A stretch of DNA of 53,268 nucleotides from Prorocentrum cordatum (GCA_963575745.1 CAUYUJ010000332.1:62001-115268); one strand, 5' to 3'; counted from the first letter of the stretch, positions 35,997-49,925 are shown. The notes: a model not told the origin generated them from the letters alone. A program made the numbers and translations.

Positions 35997-36322
35997 ATAC
36001 TGATGCTGCTGATGATGACGATGATGATGATGCTGCTGCTGATGCTGATGCTGATGATGATGGTGATGATGATGACGACGACGATGATGATGCTAATGAT
36101 GCTAACTGATGATGATGATGATGATGACGATGAGGAGGAGGAGGAGGACAAGGAGGAGGAGAAGGAGGAAAAGGAGGAGGAGGAGGAGGAGGAGGAGGAG
36201 AAGCGATCCTCCCCCTCCTCGTGATGCCGCGGCGGCGATGGCGTTTTGAGCGCGGACCTGGGCGGGGCGGCGCCTCGACGGCAGCCGGGCGGTCCCCGTG
36301 CGGCCGCAGGGGAAGGCGCCGC

Positions 36323-36362
36323 TCACTCGCCCCGCTCGAGGGGGTCGTTGAGGTGCTTCTGC
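36323..36362 (-). CDS. CWC25: CWC25 terminal exon: (R)QKHLNDPLERGE*
   Basis: GAG|G acceptor in phase 2, matching the previous donor; TGA at 36323-36325. Confidence 0.65.
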
Positions 36363-39300
36363 CTCGCGGTGGCGGCGGTGGGGAGGAGAGGTGCGGGGTG
36401 GGGGAGGGGAGCGGGGGCGGGCGGAGGAGGATGCTGATGACGATGATGATGAGGAGGAGGAGGAGGAGGAGGAGGAGGAGGAGGAGGAGGAGGAGCAGGA
36501 GGAGGAGGAGGGGACAGGCGGCGGGAGGAGTGGTGAGGAGCGGGGGGAAGACGAGGAGGAAAAGGGGGGAGGAGGACGACGAGGCACGACGAGCACGAGG
36601 AGGGCGAAGAGGGGGCACAGGGGGCACGAAGGCGCGGGACGAGGACGAGCGGAAGGATGTCCGATGCCTGCGATGCCGCTGGTTGCGGAGGCGGTCCGCC
36701 ACGGTGGCGCCCTCGTCGCCGTACGCCTTCGCGCGAACGTCCTTGAAGTAGCTCTGCTCGTTCTTGTTGCGCATGGACGCCTCCTTCTCCTCCTGCTGAC
36801 GCTCCGCCTGCTCGGCCGCCGCAATCTTCCGGTCCTTCAGCGCCTCGTGCCTGGCCGCGTCCCCGCGCATCCGCTCGAGGGCCTCCTTCCTCTCCTGGGC
36901 GGGGGCCCTCTCGGCTCAGGGGGGGGGATCGGCTTTCGGGCGGTCTCGTCGGTTTCGGCGGTTATCCAGCCTCGGGATGCTCTCAGGCAGCAGCGCCTCG
37001 CCGGAAAACGCCCAGGGGTGCCCAGATCGTCCCGAACGGCCGCCGGAGACGCGAGTTCTGACCCGAAACTGGACGACGAGGACTCTCTCTCTCTCTCTCT
37101 CTCTCTCCTGAGAAGTCTCCTTCATCTCTCGACTCGAGGGAGGGAGGGAAGGCTCTTCACGAGGGAGGGATGGAGGGAGGGCCCCTGGGAGGAGGGTTTT
37201 CTTGAGAGGAGCCTCTGCTCCTTTCGCCTCCCTCGCCTCCCACGAGGAAGGGGGGGAGGTTAGGCGCTTCCTTCCGCTCCAAAGGAGCAGGCGGAGGGGA
37301 CGCCTCCTCCCTCTGCTTATGAAGGATAGTCCTCTTCCTCCCCTTCCTGCCACTCGATCGACAAGGGAAAGGGGAAGGGGTTGCGGCCTCCTTCCCGGAA
37401 CAATAATTTTTTGACGGTCCCGTTGCCCAGTGAGGGCGCCCCAAAGGCTGGACATTGCCCAATGCATCTCGTTGCTTTTCCCCAATATCCTACGATGGGG
37501 TTCCTGTTCTTAGCAAGACGGTTCCGAGAGAACCTCCTCGCCTCTTCTTCCTCCTCGTCCTCAGTCATACTGAGTCACTCACATTCAGACGCATTCGTAC
37601 TCACTCATAGTCAAACTGTTCTTCATTCGGACTCACTCGCGTTCATACGCAGTCATGCTCTGACCCATTCAAATTCAGACTCACTCACACTTCGACATAT
37701 GCGCTGTTGGACTCACTCACACTCAGACAAAATCGTACTCGTATTCTTATCATATCGTAACTCAGTCTCGCTAATACTTATTGGTGGTCCACTGCTCACC
37801 GAATCTAGCAATCGTCACATTTTGGGCGCCGCAAAGAGAGGGCGCCACGGGTGGGAACACTCCAGGATTCGCGCCCCGATTGTGGGAACGTCTCCAGCGC
37901 TTTGCCTGTTTGTGTGCCCAACATCCTGTGCTGTCGGAACTAATCCTGAAGATGTCTCCGGCGAGGCGCTGGCTCCACCACTCCCGAAGACAGGGCGCTA
38001 GGTGTGGGGACATTCGAAGATTCGCGCCCACTCTGTGGGGATGTCTCAAACGGTTTGCCTCGTAGCGTGCCCAACATCCGATGAATTCAAAGCAAATTGC
38101 CAGGACGTCTCGGGCGGTTTGCCTGTTTCTGCCCCCCCCAGACTTTTCCTTTCGTTTGTCCAATGTTCACCGCGAGATAAGAGGCTTGGCATCGGGCACC
38201 CCGACGCGGAGCCGCCACGGGTGGGGACATTCCACGGATCGCGTCCACATTGCGGGGATGTCTCAAGTGAGGCGTTGTTTTTATCGCCTGTTTGTTTTTT
38301 GTCGTGTGCGGTGCAGTGCCCACCGCGATATAGCAGGCGTGGTACTTGGGCACCCCAAGGAGGAACCGCCCGTGGTGGGGACACTCCAGGGTTCGCGCTC
38401 AGATTGGGAGGGATGTCTCAGGCGGTTTCTTGGGACTTTATGCCCCTCACTCACTCACTCGCTCGCCTCCTTCCCCTGTCCTTGCTCGGACGCAATCGTT
38501 CGCACTCGGACTTGCTCACCAGCACCTCTTCCTCACTCAGACTCACTCATCACATTCAAAATCGGTCATGCTGAATTTCGAACGTACTCAGACTTGCGTG
38601 TACGTGCTCGCTCATACTCTGACTCGGTCAAACTCAGACCGTCTCACACACATACCAACTCACGCTCATTCTCATTCGCACTAAGACTCACCAGCCTGCA
38701 GACTCACATGCTCAGGTCACCTCGCACTCAGGCTCAGTCGTATCCAAATGTTTATTGTTATCACATTCGAACTCAGACTCACCCACACTCAAACTCACTG
38801 GCACTCAGACTCGCTCGCACTTGGACTCGCTCGCACTCAGACTTACTCATACTCGTAGCGCTCGTACCCACACTTACTATCACACTCAAGCTCAATCGTA
38901 CTCGGATCCGCTGACATTCCGACTCGCTCACGCTCGTATCACCCACGCTCATATTCATTCGCACTAAGGCTCACACGCAAATTGCAACCACGATGTAGCT
39001 GGCGTGGCACTTGGGAACCCCAAGTGCTAGCAGGCGCCGCGAGTAGCATGCCAGACAGCGGGCGCAGAAACGCCAGGCGCGCTGGCTTGAGCTGCCGCGG
39101 GGAGAACGGCGAGAGGAACTCCCCCATCGCCCTTCCACCTGTGCTCCCTCGTCCCTCCCGAAAGTGAAACAAGAGGAACAGGGGGTATGACATGCACATG
39201 TCGGGATCTCTGCGTCGAGCAGTTTTCACAACGCGAGGAGGTGGGATTTCCTCGCTCTGGGAAGAGGCGAGCAGGAGAGAGGGAAGGCACACCGTCACGC

Positions 39301-42037
39301 CTCCCTCGCGCTCCACGAGGGTGCCAACCCCCTGGGGGTCTGTGGAGGCTGCCCTTGAAGTTCCGGGGCCCTCGGAAATTTCCAAAAGGGTACCAGGAGC
39401 GGAGCGAGACTCCGGAGTCTCGGTCTCTCCGATCCTCCGTCCCTCTGCCCCGGACTCGCTCGAAGCTTGGACCCTCGATCCTCACCTTCGCTCAGGATCT
39501 TGGCCTCCGATCCTCGATCCCCGGCCCAGAAGGACGGGGTGGGAGGAGGAGGAGGAGGAGGAGGAGGAGGAGGAGGAGGAGGAGGAGGAGGAGGAGGAGG
39601 AGGAGGAGGGAGGAGGAAGGAGGAGGAGGAGGAGGAGGAGGAGGGAGGAGGAGGAGGAGGAGGAGGAGGAGGAGGAGGAGGAGGAGGGAGGAGGAGGAGG
39701 GAGGAGGAGGAGGAGGGAGGAGGAGGAGGGAGGAGGGGGAGCAAACACAGCACTTCTTCACCACGCGCCGCCGTGGGAAGCCCATCGGCGTCGCACTGAT
39801 GGAGAGACGCCACGTCTCCGGAGAACAGCTCGCCATCGCTCGGACGTCCACTCCCCGTGCCTTTTCCGACCTCGTGCGTGCTTTTGTGGCTTTGTCCCTC
39901 TTTGCTGTTAATTCAAGCTTCGAGCGGCCCGCTGAGCTTCGACCGGAAGAGGTGCGCTCTCGACCCGCGAATCAAGAGAAGTGTTCTTCTGGCTGGATGA
40001 TCCAGGATGCTCCTCGATGGCCCTCGCCGGGGGAAAACATGCACACGCCCGAGCGATGCCAGGAACACGAGGGAGCAACACGCTGACGGGCTCCCGGCCG
40101 CGGCGTGTCGTTGCTACGTGCTCCGTGGCCTTCTCACCCCCTCCTCCCCTCCTCCTCTCCTCCTCCTCCTCCTCCTCCTCCTCCTCCTCCTCCTCCACCT
40201 TCTCTTCCTCCTCCTCCTCCTCCACCTTCTCGTCCTCCTCTTCCTCCACCTCCTCCTCCTCCTCCACTTCTCCTCATTCCCCCCCGGGGCCGCACCGAAG
40301 GGGGTCCGTGGCTCCTCCTCGGAGAGGCGCTTGGTTGCGCCTCTGCTGGCAAGCGCCTTGTCTCTCCTCTCCGCTATCAGCGCCGCGTTCTCGGCCTTCT
40401 CACCGGCGCGCTTCTCCCCGATCGGATCTCCTCCTCCTCCCCCTCCTCCTTGCAGCCTCCTCCCTCGTCCCCGTCCTCGTCTTCCCCCGTCCTCCTGCTT
40501 ATTCGCCTCCTCCTCCTCCTCCTCGCAAGCCCCTCCCTCGTCCTCGTCCTCCACCGCCCTCCTCCTGCGGATGCTCCTCGTCCTCCTCCTGCCTCGCCTT
40601 CTCCTTCTCCTCCTCCTCCTCTTCCCCCTCCTCCTCCTCCTCCCCTCCTCCTCCTCCTCCTCCTCCTCCTCCTCCTCCTCCTCCTCCCCTTCCTCTTTGC
40701 AGCCTCCTCCCTTATCCTCGTCCTCCCCTGTCCTCCTCCTTCAACCCGTATGTGAAGTCCATGCGAAATCGAAGTTTTGCACTGCAGCATTGCAACGTTA
40801 AAGGTTTTGTCGTCGGCGGTGCAAAATGCACGGCAGGGGTTGAGACGAAGTGCCCATCGCGCGCGGAAGGGCGAAATGTCTCTCTCGTCTGCGCGCCGCG
40901 CGTCCTTCTCCTGAGAACTGGTCCCGTGCGTGGGTTCGTCGCACATCTTTCGCCTGCCAAGTGTTCGACAAGAAGAGGCCGCGCACGAGCGGGCCAACTG
41001 TGGCTCTCGCCAAGCTCCTGTGTCGGCGTGCCGCGTATTTTTCACTCGCCCTGCCGTTGGAACCGGGGCCGCGCACAACTGGGCGCCTGGCCGCCCCCGC
41101 CGAATCTCTGTGCACATTTCGCCTGGACGTGGCGGTCTCGCTCTGGCGTGGCGCGCACTTTGCGCTCGCCGATTCATCGGGAACCGGCAGCGGGGCCGCA
41201 CACGAGCCCGCGAATTGTCGTCCTCGCCCAGGCGGTGGCCAAAGGGCCAGGACCGTCTGCAATACTTGCACATTCTGGAGCTTCGATGGTATGCGAGCGT
41301 ACGTGCGAGACGTGCGCGCTATAATCAGAGCTGGCACAATAACGCCATGTCTGGAGTTCTGGTGAAACGCACTGTACACGCGTGAGGGCTGCACTCAGAT
41401 ATCACACGTAGTCCCCAAGCGAACCTGCTACAGCTTCGATGGTCCTCAAGCATGTGAGGTTTGCACTCTTATGTCGTCAGTCGCCAGAGCATTTCCATTC
41501 TGGAGCTTCTATGGCCCGCAAGAATGTGAGGGTTGTGCCACATCACACCAACACTGACATAATACAACTTCAGTGGCTCGCAAGCGTGTGAGGGTCAAAC
41601 TTCGAAGTCACATATCGTCCCGCACCGCCAACATCGCAGCTTTGATGGCCGCCAACCTTTGAGATCCTGGTGGCGGAGGGGAGACAAGTGATGAGCTCCT
41701 GCGCGGAATCCCTGCTCCAAAACAAGCAGAACAGCTCAGAAGCGGCACGACAAGCGACAGTCTCCGCCCCCCGTCAGTGCTGCTGCCCCCCAGGCAATGG
41801 AGCAGGTCATGCGGCTCCACTTAGGACAAGCCTGGCTATGGCATGGGCGCGAGGAAGGATAGAGGCACATGGAGGAGGAGGAGGGATGAAGGTGGGGAAG
41901 GAATGAAGAAGAGGGATAGAGAAAGAGAGAGAGAGAGAGAGAGATCGAGGGAGGATGGGAGGAACGATGACGACGACGATGCTGATGACGACGATAATGG
42001 TAAGGGTGATGATGATGATGATGATGATGCTGATGCT

Positions 42038-42110
<73 letters not shown>

Positions 42111-42208
42111 TTGATCATGATGATGATGACGGTTAGAGTGATGATGATACTGCTGATGAAGATTATGATGCTGGTGATGATGCTGATGATGCTGCTGCTG
42201 ATGGTGAC

Positions 42209-42269
<61 letters not shown>

Positions 42270-44917
42270 CTGATGCTGATGCTGCTGCTGGTGAAGATGA
42301 TGGTGATGAGGAGGAGGAAGAAGAGGAGGATGAGGAGGAGGAGGATGCTGCTGCTGCGGATGTTGATGAGCACGGCCTTCTTGTCTATCAGCGCGCCGCT
42401 GGGGCCCAAGTGGGCAAGGTCCTCCGCGCCGCCCCCCCGTCAAGGGGCCGCCGCGGGGCCGCCGAGTGGCCGCCGAGGGTTCCCCGCCGAGGGGCTGCCG
42501 AAGGGCCGCCGCCGAGGGGCCGCCGTCGAGGGGCCGCCGAGTGGCCGCCGAGGGGCCGCCGAGCAGGCGCCGAGGGGCCGCCGCCGAGGGGCCGCCGTCG
42601 AGGGGCCGCTGACATGTCCTCCGCACCTCGCGGCTTCTTCCTCGGCGGGGAGGGCTCGTCTCGCCGGGGGGGCGAGGTCCCTCTCCTGGCGGGGCGGCTG
42701 CGGCACTTCGGCTTCCTCCTCCTCCCCTTGCTCTTCCTCTTCCTCCTCCTCCTCCTCGTCCTCCGCCCCCTCCTCCTCCTCCTGGTATCTGGTGGTTCGT
42801 GGCTCTGAAATTCATACGAAAGCAATAATCCTTTCCTTCCCCTCCTGTATAACTCCTCCTCGTAAGCAACTCCTCCCTGTCGCACCCCGAGGCCGGTCGA
42901 GAAGGCGGGCCGGGCGTTTCGCCTGAAACTTCCTCACCACGTATGACCCTGAAGCTTAAGCTTTGCAGCGCAGTGTCACGGATGGAGGGCGGATCGCTTT
43001 CAAATTGTGCTTTTCGCCTTAACGTCGCGTATATTCGTCTTCGGTGTTTGTCATATTTTCACGGCTGAGGGCGGGTGATCTTCAACATGTGGCTCTCGCC
43101 TCAGCGCTGCCCACATCCATCTTAAACTTTGCAAGCGTTTCGCGGAAGGGGGGCGAATCGCTTTCAACATGCGTTTCTCGCCTTAGCGCCGCGCACATTC
43201 GTCTTACAAGCTTGCAAGACTTTGAGGGATGGAGGGCTATTCCTTTTCAAACAATGTCTCTCGCCTTGGCGCCGCGCATATTCGTCTTCAGAGCCTGCCG
43301 CAGTTCACGTACCATAAACGGTGTTTCGGCACGATGTCGGACTGTCGAGGCACAGCGGTCACGTTGATTCGCGGTGTTGAAGTCCGAGGCACAGTGCTCT
43401 GGCACGATCCAGGATCGTGCAGACGCAAGAATAACGGCGGTGATTCGCGGCGCTGAATTCCCAGGGATGGTGCTCTGGTTCAGATTCGGATGTTGAAACG
43501 GTTGTCTTCCAACGGGGTACTTCCGTCAGGGACAATGAATCCTTGTAGCGGCCCATGACGAGGGAGCTGGGAGGGATTTTGTTGTTGTTTTTCCCCCCTT
43601 CATATCGTTGATGAGTGTTGGGTTTACACTGGTCCCCCTCCTCCTCCTCCTCCTCCTTCTCCCTCCGCCCTTCCTCCTCCTCCTCCTCCTCCTCCTCCCC
43701 CTCCTCCTCCTCCTCCTCCTCCTCCTCTTCCCTCCACCCTCCACCCTCCTCCTCCTCCACCTCCTCCATTTCTTCTCCTCATAAATAACTCCTCCCTGTC
43801 GCACCCCGAGGCTGGTCGAAAGGGCGGGTCGGGCGTCTCGCTTGAGACTTCTTCACCGCTGTTGCCCCTGAAGCTTAGAACTTGCAACTGTTCCACGGAT
43901 GGAGGCTGGGTCGCTTTCAGAATGTGCCTCCCGCCTTAGCGTCGCGAAATCATTATACATATATGTATAATAAGAAATTGCATGATTTTTTCACGAATGG
44001 AAGGTGGGCGGTTTTCAAAATGTGGCTTTCGCTGTAGAACCGCGCGCGTTTGTCATAGAAGTTCGCAAAGAGCTTTGCGGATGGAGAGCGGTTCCTTTTC
44101 AAAATGTGGCTCTTTCCGCAGCGCCGCGCACATTCGTCTCCAGAGTTTGCACAAGTTTCAAGGATCCTCATGGTTAACGTAACAGAAGAAGTTCTTGCAC
44201 GGTGTCGGAATGTCAGGGCGCAACGGTCACGTTGATTCGCGGTGTTGAAGTCCGAGGCACGGTGTTCTGGCACGATCCAGGATCGCCGAGACGCAACAGT
44301 AACGGTGATTCGCGGAAGTCCCAAGAATGGTGTTATTGTTCAGTTTCGGTTGTTCAAGCGGTTGTCTTCCAACGGGGCACTTTCCTCAGTGAGAATGAAT
44401 CCTTGTAGCGGCCCATGAAGAGGGAGCTGGGAGGGAGGGTTTATTGTAACATCGTTAAGGAGTCTTGGGTTTGCACTGGTCCTTCCCCTCCTCCTCCTCC
44501 TCCTCCTCCTCCTCCTCCTCCTCCTCCTCCAAGGGCGGGGCGAATCTCAGCTACCAACGCGCTTTTGGCTGCCCTGGACCTCTCCCTGGCAGCCGCTGGC
44601 GGCGGCTTGGCCACCGCCGCGCCGGCGCTGCTGCCGCTGTCGTCGCTGCTGGAGGACGACTCTTTCTTGACGCCCTTCTTCTCCTGTGGAGCGGCGGCAG
44701 GAGTGGAATGGGGGTGAGGAGACAGCGACACAGGAGGAAGAATAAGACTTGTGATGAAGATCAGGAGGAGGAGGAGGAGGAGGAGGAGGAGGAGGAGGAG
44801 GAGGAGGAGGAGGAGGGAGGGGGGCGGCCGATGATGATGCGGAATATTAATATGAGGATTATGATGATGACGCTGCTGAAGATGCTGATGATGAAGATGA
44901 GGATGAGGATGAGGATG

Positions 44918-44977
<60 letters not shown>

Positions 44978-45148
44978 TTGATGACGATGGTGAGGATTAC
45001 GATTATGATGATATGGATGATGATGATGATGATGATGGTGGTGATGATGCTGATGCTGATGCAGATGCTGCTGCTGCTGATGATGACCATGATGAGGAGA
45101 AAGAAAGTAACAATGCAGTGGAGGAAAAAGAGGAGGATAGGAAGAATG

Positions 45149-45243
<95 letters not shown>

Positions 45244-48055
45244 ATGAGGAGGAGGAGGACGAGGAGGGGTAGGATAACGACGAGGAGGGAGAACATGAGC
45301 AGCCGACGGTACATAGTGCGCCAAAGGCCGCGCCGAGAAGGCGGGAAGAGGAGACGGAGGAGGGATCATAGGAGAGCTCACGCTGGAGAGCTTCTGAAAA
45401 GGTTCTGGAGGCTCTAGGGGGTTCTCGGGGTCCTGGCAGGTTCTCGACCCGAGGATGGGGGGAAACGGGGATGTGAGGGCGAGGGTTGGTTGGGGAGGGG
45501 GGCGAGTGGCAGGAGGCAAGCCAAGTGCCCCCGCGCCGTGTCTGACATGATACCCCCTCGCCCATCCCTTTCCATGTCGCGGGCTTATCATCACTTCTCT
45601 ATATTCGCCAGCGGATGTCATAATGGACCCTGGAACCCCAGCATTACTCCATGTTGCAATGCGCAGCAAAAGGGCTGTTTACAGTGGATGATGATGAGAA
45701 GGAGGCAGATGAATAGCAGGATACACAGGAGGAAAAGGAGGAGGACTGTGAGGAAGGGTGGGAGAGGAGAAACGGCAGCACCAGAAGCAGGAGTTGAAGG
45801 AGCGGCAGGAGCAGGAGGACCAGGGGAAGGCGGAGGAGGGAAAGGAGCGGGCGACAACGACGATGACGAAGCGCTCGGATCCAGACACGTGGCCTGCGCT
45901 GGAGAGAGCGCGCCACTTTGAACGACGGGAGCAAGGCGTCGATCCTCAAATGAGGCCGACGCTGCAATGGGGAACACCATCTTGGAGCAAACATTCGGAT
46001 CGAACCAAACCGTGCAACATACCAACTTGTGAAATCCTGCCCATCCGATGAGAGCGTGCGGGGAACATGGGGGCCCCTCTCGCACTGACTCTGGGAGAGA
46101 GGGTCGTGGCATGCATGTTGGGACAAGTAGATGGGCCAGGAGGCGGTGTGAGCGGGAGAAGGGGGGAGAGACGCAGGGGAACCACGGGGAAGGGGAGTGT
46201 AGGGACGGCGGGGGCGGGAGTGGCGGAGGGCGCGCCCCGAGCGAACCGCCCCAAGACGCCCCCGGCCGTGCGCAACGTGCCCTCGGCACGCCCCCCCGAG
46301 ACTGGCTCTCGCGCCCTCGCGCTGGGGGTTGCTCAGGTTGGCGTGTGGGCCACCTCCAACTTCACGGCTTCGGCGTGCCCCCGTTTCCTCTTGGCCCGCC
46401 CGTCCTTTTTCAGGAGCTTCTTCATCTTCTTCTTTTCCTTCTTCGCCGCCTTCTTCAGCTTCTTCTGATCCTTCTTGGCCTTCTTCTCCATCTTCTGTCT
46501 CAGCCTGGCGGCGATCAGCGGGTTGGCCAACATCTCATCCTTGGCGGCCTGCTCCTGGCGCCGGATCTGGAATAGGGGGTCCTCCCTGAGCTTGCGCAGG
46601 GTGTCCTCCGTCGTCTTCGTCGCGCTCTTGAGGAAGAGCGAGCCCGCGGTGTTCTCCCCGAGCTTCTTGACCTCGGCAGCAACCCCTGAGATGCGGGCGT
46701 CTTCGTCCGGCTTCGGGCCCTGGGGCCGTCGCAGACCGCTCTGACCCAACAGACTCCGCAGGAAGAGGGGGTCTGGGACTCCGGTCCCGATCCTTCCGCG
46801 GTGCCGCCGCTCTCTCTTGGCGTCGGACGTCAGGCCCCCCCCCGCCCTGGCCTTGTCCACTGCCTGCCCCTCCGCAGGAGGAGGAAGAGGAGGAGGAGGA
46901 GAAGGAGGAGGAGAGGAGGAGGAGGAGGAGGAGGAGGAGGAGGGGGAGGAGGAGGAGGAGGAGAGGAGGAGGTGGGGAGGAGGAGGAGAGAGGAGGAGGA
47001 GGAGGAGGAGGGGGCGCGCCCGGCCGACACGCCGGCCCCGATCGCACGGCGGCTGGGCCAGGCCCGCTCGCAGCCCGACCGAGCCCCGGCGAGTGCGCCG
47101 CGGGCGGGCTCCGCGGCGTGCGTCGCGGGAGCGGCCCGGAGGCCCGAGCTGGCCCTTCGTGCCCTAGCTCCTGGGCTGCAGGGAGCCTCGAGGCCCCCCT
47201 CGGACACGAGAGCCTGCGCCCTCTCTCTCGGCGCCTCGGCGGTGTTCGGCCGCGGAGCAACGGTGGAGGAAGGGGAGGGAGGAGGAGGAGGAGGAGGAGG
47301 AGGAGGAGGAGGAGGAGGAGGAGGAGGAGGAGGAGGAGGAGGAGAGGCGGAGGAGGAGGAGGGAGGAGGAGGAGGAGGAGGGAGGAGGAGGAGGAGGAGG
47401 AGGAGGAGGAGGAGGAGGAGGAGGAGGGGAGGAGGAGGAGGAGGAGGAGGAGGAGGAGGAGGCGTGGAGGAAGTCTTGGGCGAAACGCACGGGGGTGCAG
47501 CGAGCGACGGTGGCGGGAGCAAGGAGGAAGACATGCGCCAGACTTTGGTGCCAGACCTCGGCACGGCGCTCGGGCACGTGACCGAACGGGTGGGCCGAGA
47601 CCTTCTTCGTCATCCACTGTGGTCGTGGGCCCAGTGGTCGCTCGGAAGGGGGTAGTCGCGGGGTGTTCGATCGCCACGAGCTTTGCGCGTACGTCATCTC
47701 TCCTCTGGAAGAAGAGGCATAAACATACAATTTCGACGGTCCGCGCGGATTTCTTGAATCTGCGCTGGAGCGCGCCAGGGGCGGCGCTGGAGGCGCCGCC
47801 AGGGGCACCCAGCGCGGATCCAAGAAATCCGCGCGGAGCGCCGACAGTTTATGTGCATAGCGTTTTTTCTTCTTCGATTCTCTCGAGCTGCTCTTACCCT
47901 CGATGTCTAGCTCTCTGGGCGTCTGCGTCGACGACGGCAGAAAACATCCCCCCCGCGCCGCCCACGAGCAGGCGGCGCTTCCTCCGCCTGCTGATAGGAT
48001 GGCGTGCGCCGACAAAGCGAGATAGCCGAGGGAGAGGAGGAGGAGGGGGATGATG

Positions 48056-48143
<88 letters not shown>

Positions 48144-48406
48144 GGAGGAGGAGGAGGAGGAGGAGGAGGAGACGGCGGAGGAGGAGGGGAGGGAGAAGGA
48201 GGGAAGAGGAGGAGGAGGAGAGGAGGAAGCGGAGGAGGAGGAGGAAAGAGGAGGAGGAGGAGCAGGATGAGGAGGAGGGGGAGGAGGAGTAAGAGGGGGA
48301 GGAGGACGAGGAGAGCCAAGGAGAGGGGAGAGCACGACGGCGAGGGCGGGGAGGGCGGTTCTCGTTCCCGGGCACGCCGAGGGGTTGGAGAGAAAGAGAG
48401 AGAGAG

Positions 48407-48438
<32 letters not shown>

Positions 48439-48444
48439 CGACAC

Positions 48445-48504
<60 letters not shown>

Positions 48505-49894
48505 GTGCTCGCGCGGAGGACAGGGCCCCCTCTCCTCCGCCGCTCTTCTCCCCCTTCTCAACGCGGGTCCCCCGATCTCTGGGCCATTCTCGCTCTGGGC
48601 CCCGTCCCAAGAGGCCCGCTCGCAGATTGTATGGGGCTTCGTGCCGCAGCTCCGCTGGCGTGCGCGGAGTGTGCCGCAACGCTGCTCGGGAGCTTGTGCT
48701 GAGCACAAGCCACGCTCACCCGAGTAAGATTTGCCTCTCGCACAAGTGGTCCGCTCCGCTCCGCTCCGCTCCGCTCCTTCTCCGTCTCCGCAGGTCGCCT
48801 GGATGTCGGCCCTCGGCGGCCCGCGAACACCTCTGTGCAGGGGCTGCCGGGCGACAGAACACGACAGCAGCGCCGTCGGCCCCCGCGCGGACCTCGGCCC
48901 CGACGGGCCGGCGTCGCGACAGGAATCGCGACGGGACGTGCTCGGCCGTTTGCGGCCTCAGGGTGCCCTCGCCGGGCCCCAGGATCGTCACCAGAGGCCT
49001 CCCGACTCGAGGGTCCGAGTAGATGGGGTCGGAGCATCGCGCCGCATCGCCGACGCACCGCCGATGCATCGGCGATGCGCCAGCGACGTCGCCGATGCAT
49101 CGGCGATCCGATGTGTCTGGGCGGCCTGAGCTCTCCTCCTCCTGCCTTGACAGTGAGAGCCCGCACCGGGGATCCGACGCCGCGAACAGTATCGCAGTGA
49201 CGCCAAGAGTCACGGCGGGAGCTCTGGGCCACGCTCACGCTTCCGTGGCATCTCTCGACCTGCATCGATGCGTGAGGGTCAGAGACCCAGAACGGGCAGG
49301 AAAATCCCGCCGGTTTTCCTCAGCCCCCCTGTGTGTCGGGCGCCCTGGGGCTCGCGAAAGTGGCGGAAGCCGCACAGCTGCTCCCCTCCCAGGGAGTGCG
49401 AAGAGGAGGAAGAGAACGAGGAAGACGAGGACGAGCACGAGGAGGAGGGAGCGCAGGAGGATGTGGAGGATGAGGACGAGGACGAGGAGGAGGAGCAGGA
49501 GCAGGAGGAGGAGGAGGAGGAGGAGGAGGAGGGAGGAGGAGGAGAGAGGAGGGAGGACGGCAGGGACGGAGGGAGGAGAGGATGGAGGAGGAGGGAGGCA
49601 GAGGAGGAGGAGGAGTGGGGAGGGAAAGGAGGGGAGGAGGGGGAGGAGAGGGAAGGAGGAGGAGGAGGGAGGAGGAGGGAGGAGGTACGAGGAGAAAGGA
49701 GCGAGAAGGAGGGAAAGGACGAGAGGGAGGAAGGAGGGGGAGGAGGAGGAGGCAGCAGGACGGAGGGGAGGAGGAGGAGGAGGAGGGGAGGAGGAGGAGG
49801 AGGAGAGGAAGAGGAAGGAGAGCAGAGAGGGGGAGGAGGAGGAGGAGAAGGAGGGAGGAGGCAGGAGGAGGAGGAGGGAGGAGGAGGAGGAGAA

Positions 49895-49925
<31 letters not shown>

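Noticed and set aside
37560..38970. Interstitial telomeric repeat
   Set aside because: Units are ACTC/CACTCA-like, not TTTAGGG/CCCTAAA.
42388..42885. Reading CWC25 straight through the GC-rich 11-mer repeat
   Set aside because: That frame stops at 42388 before the conserved C-terminus; a 197-nt GA-AG intron gives a continuous protein.
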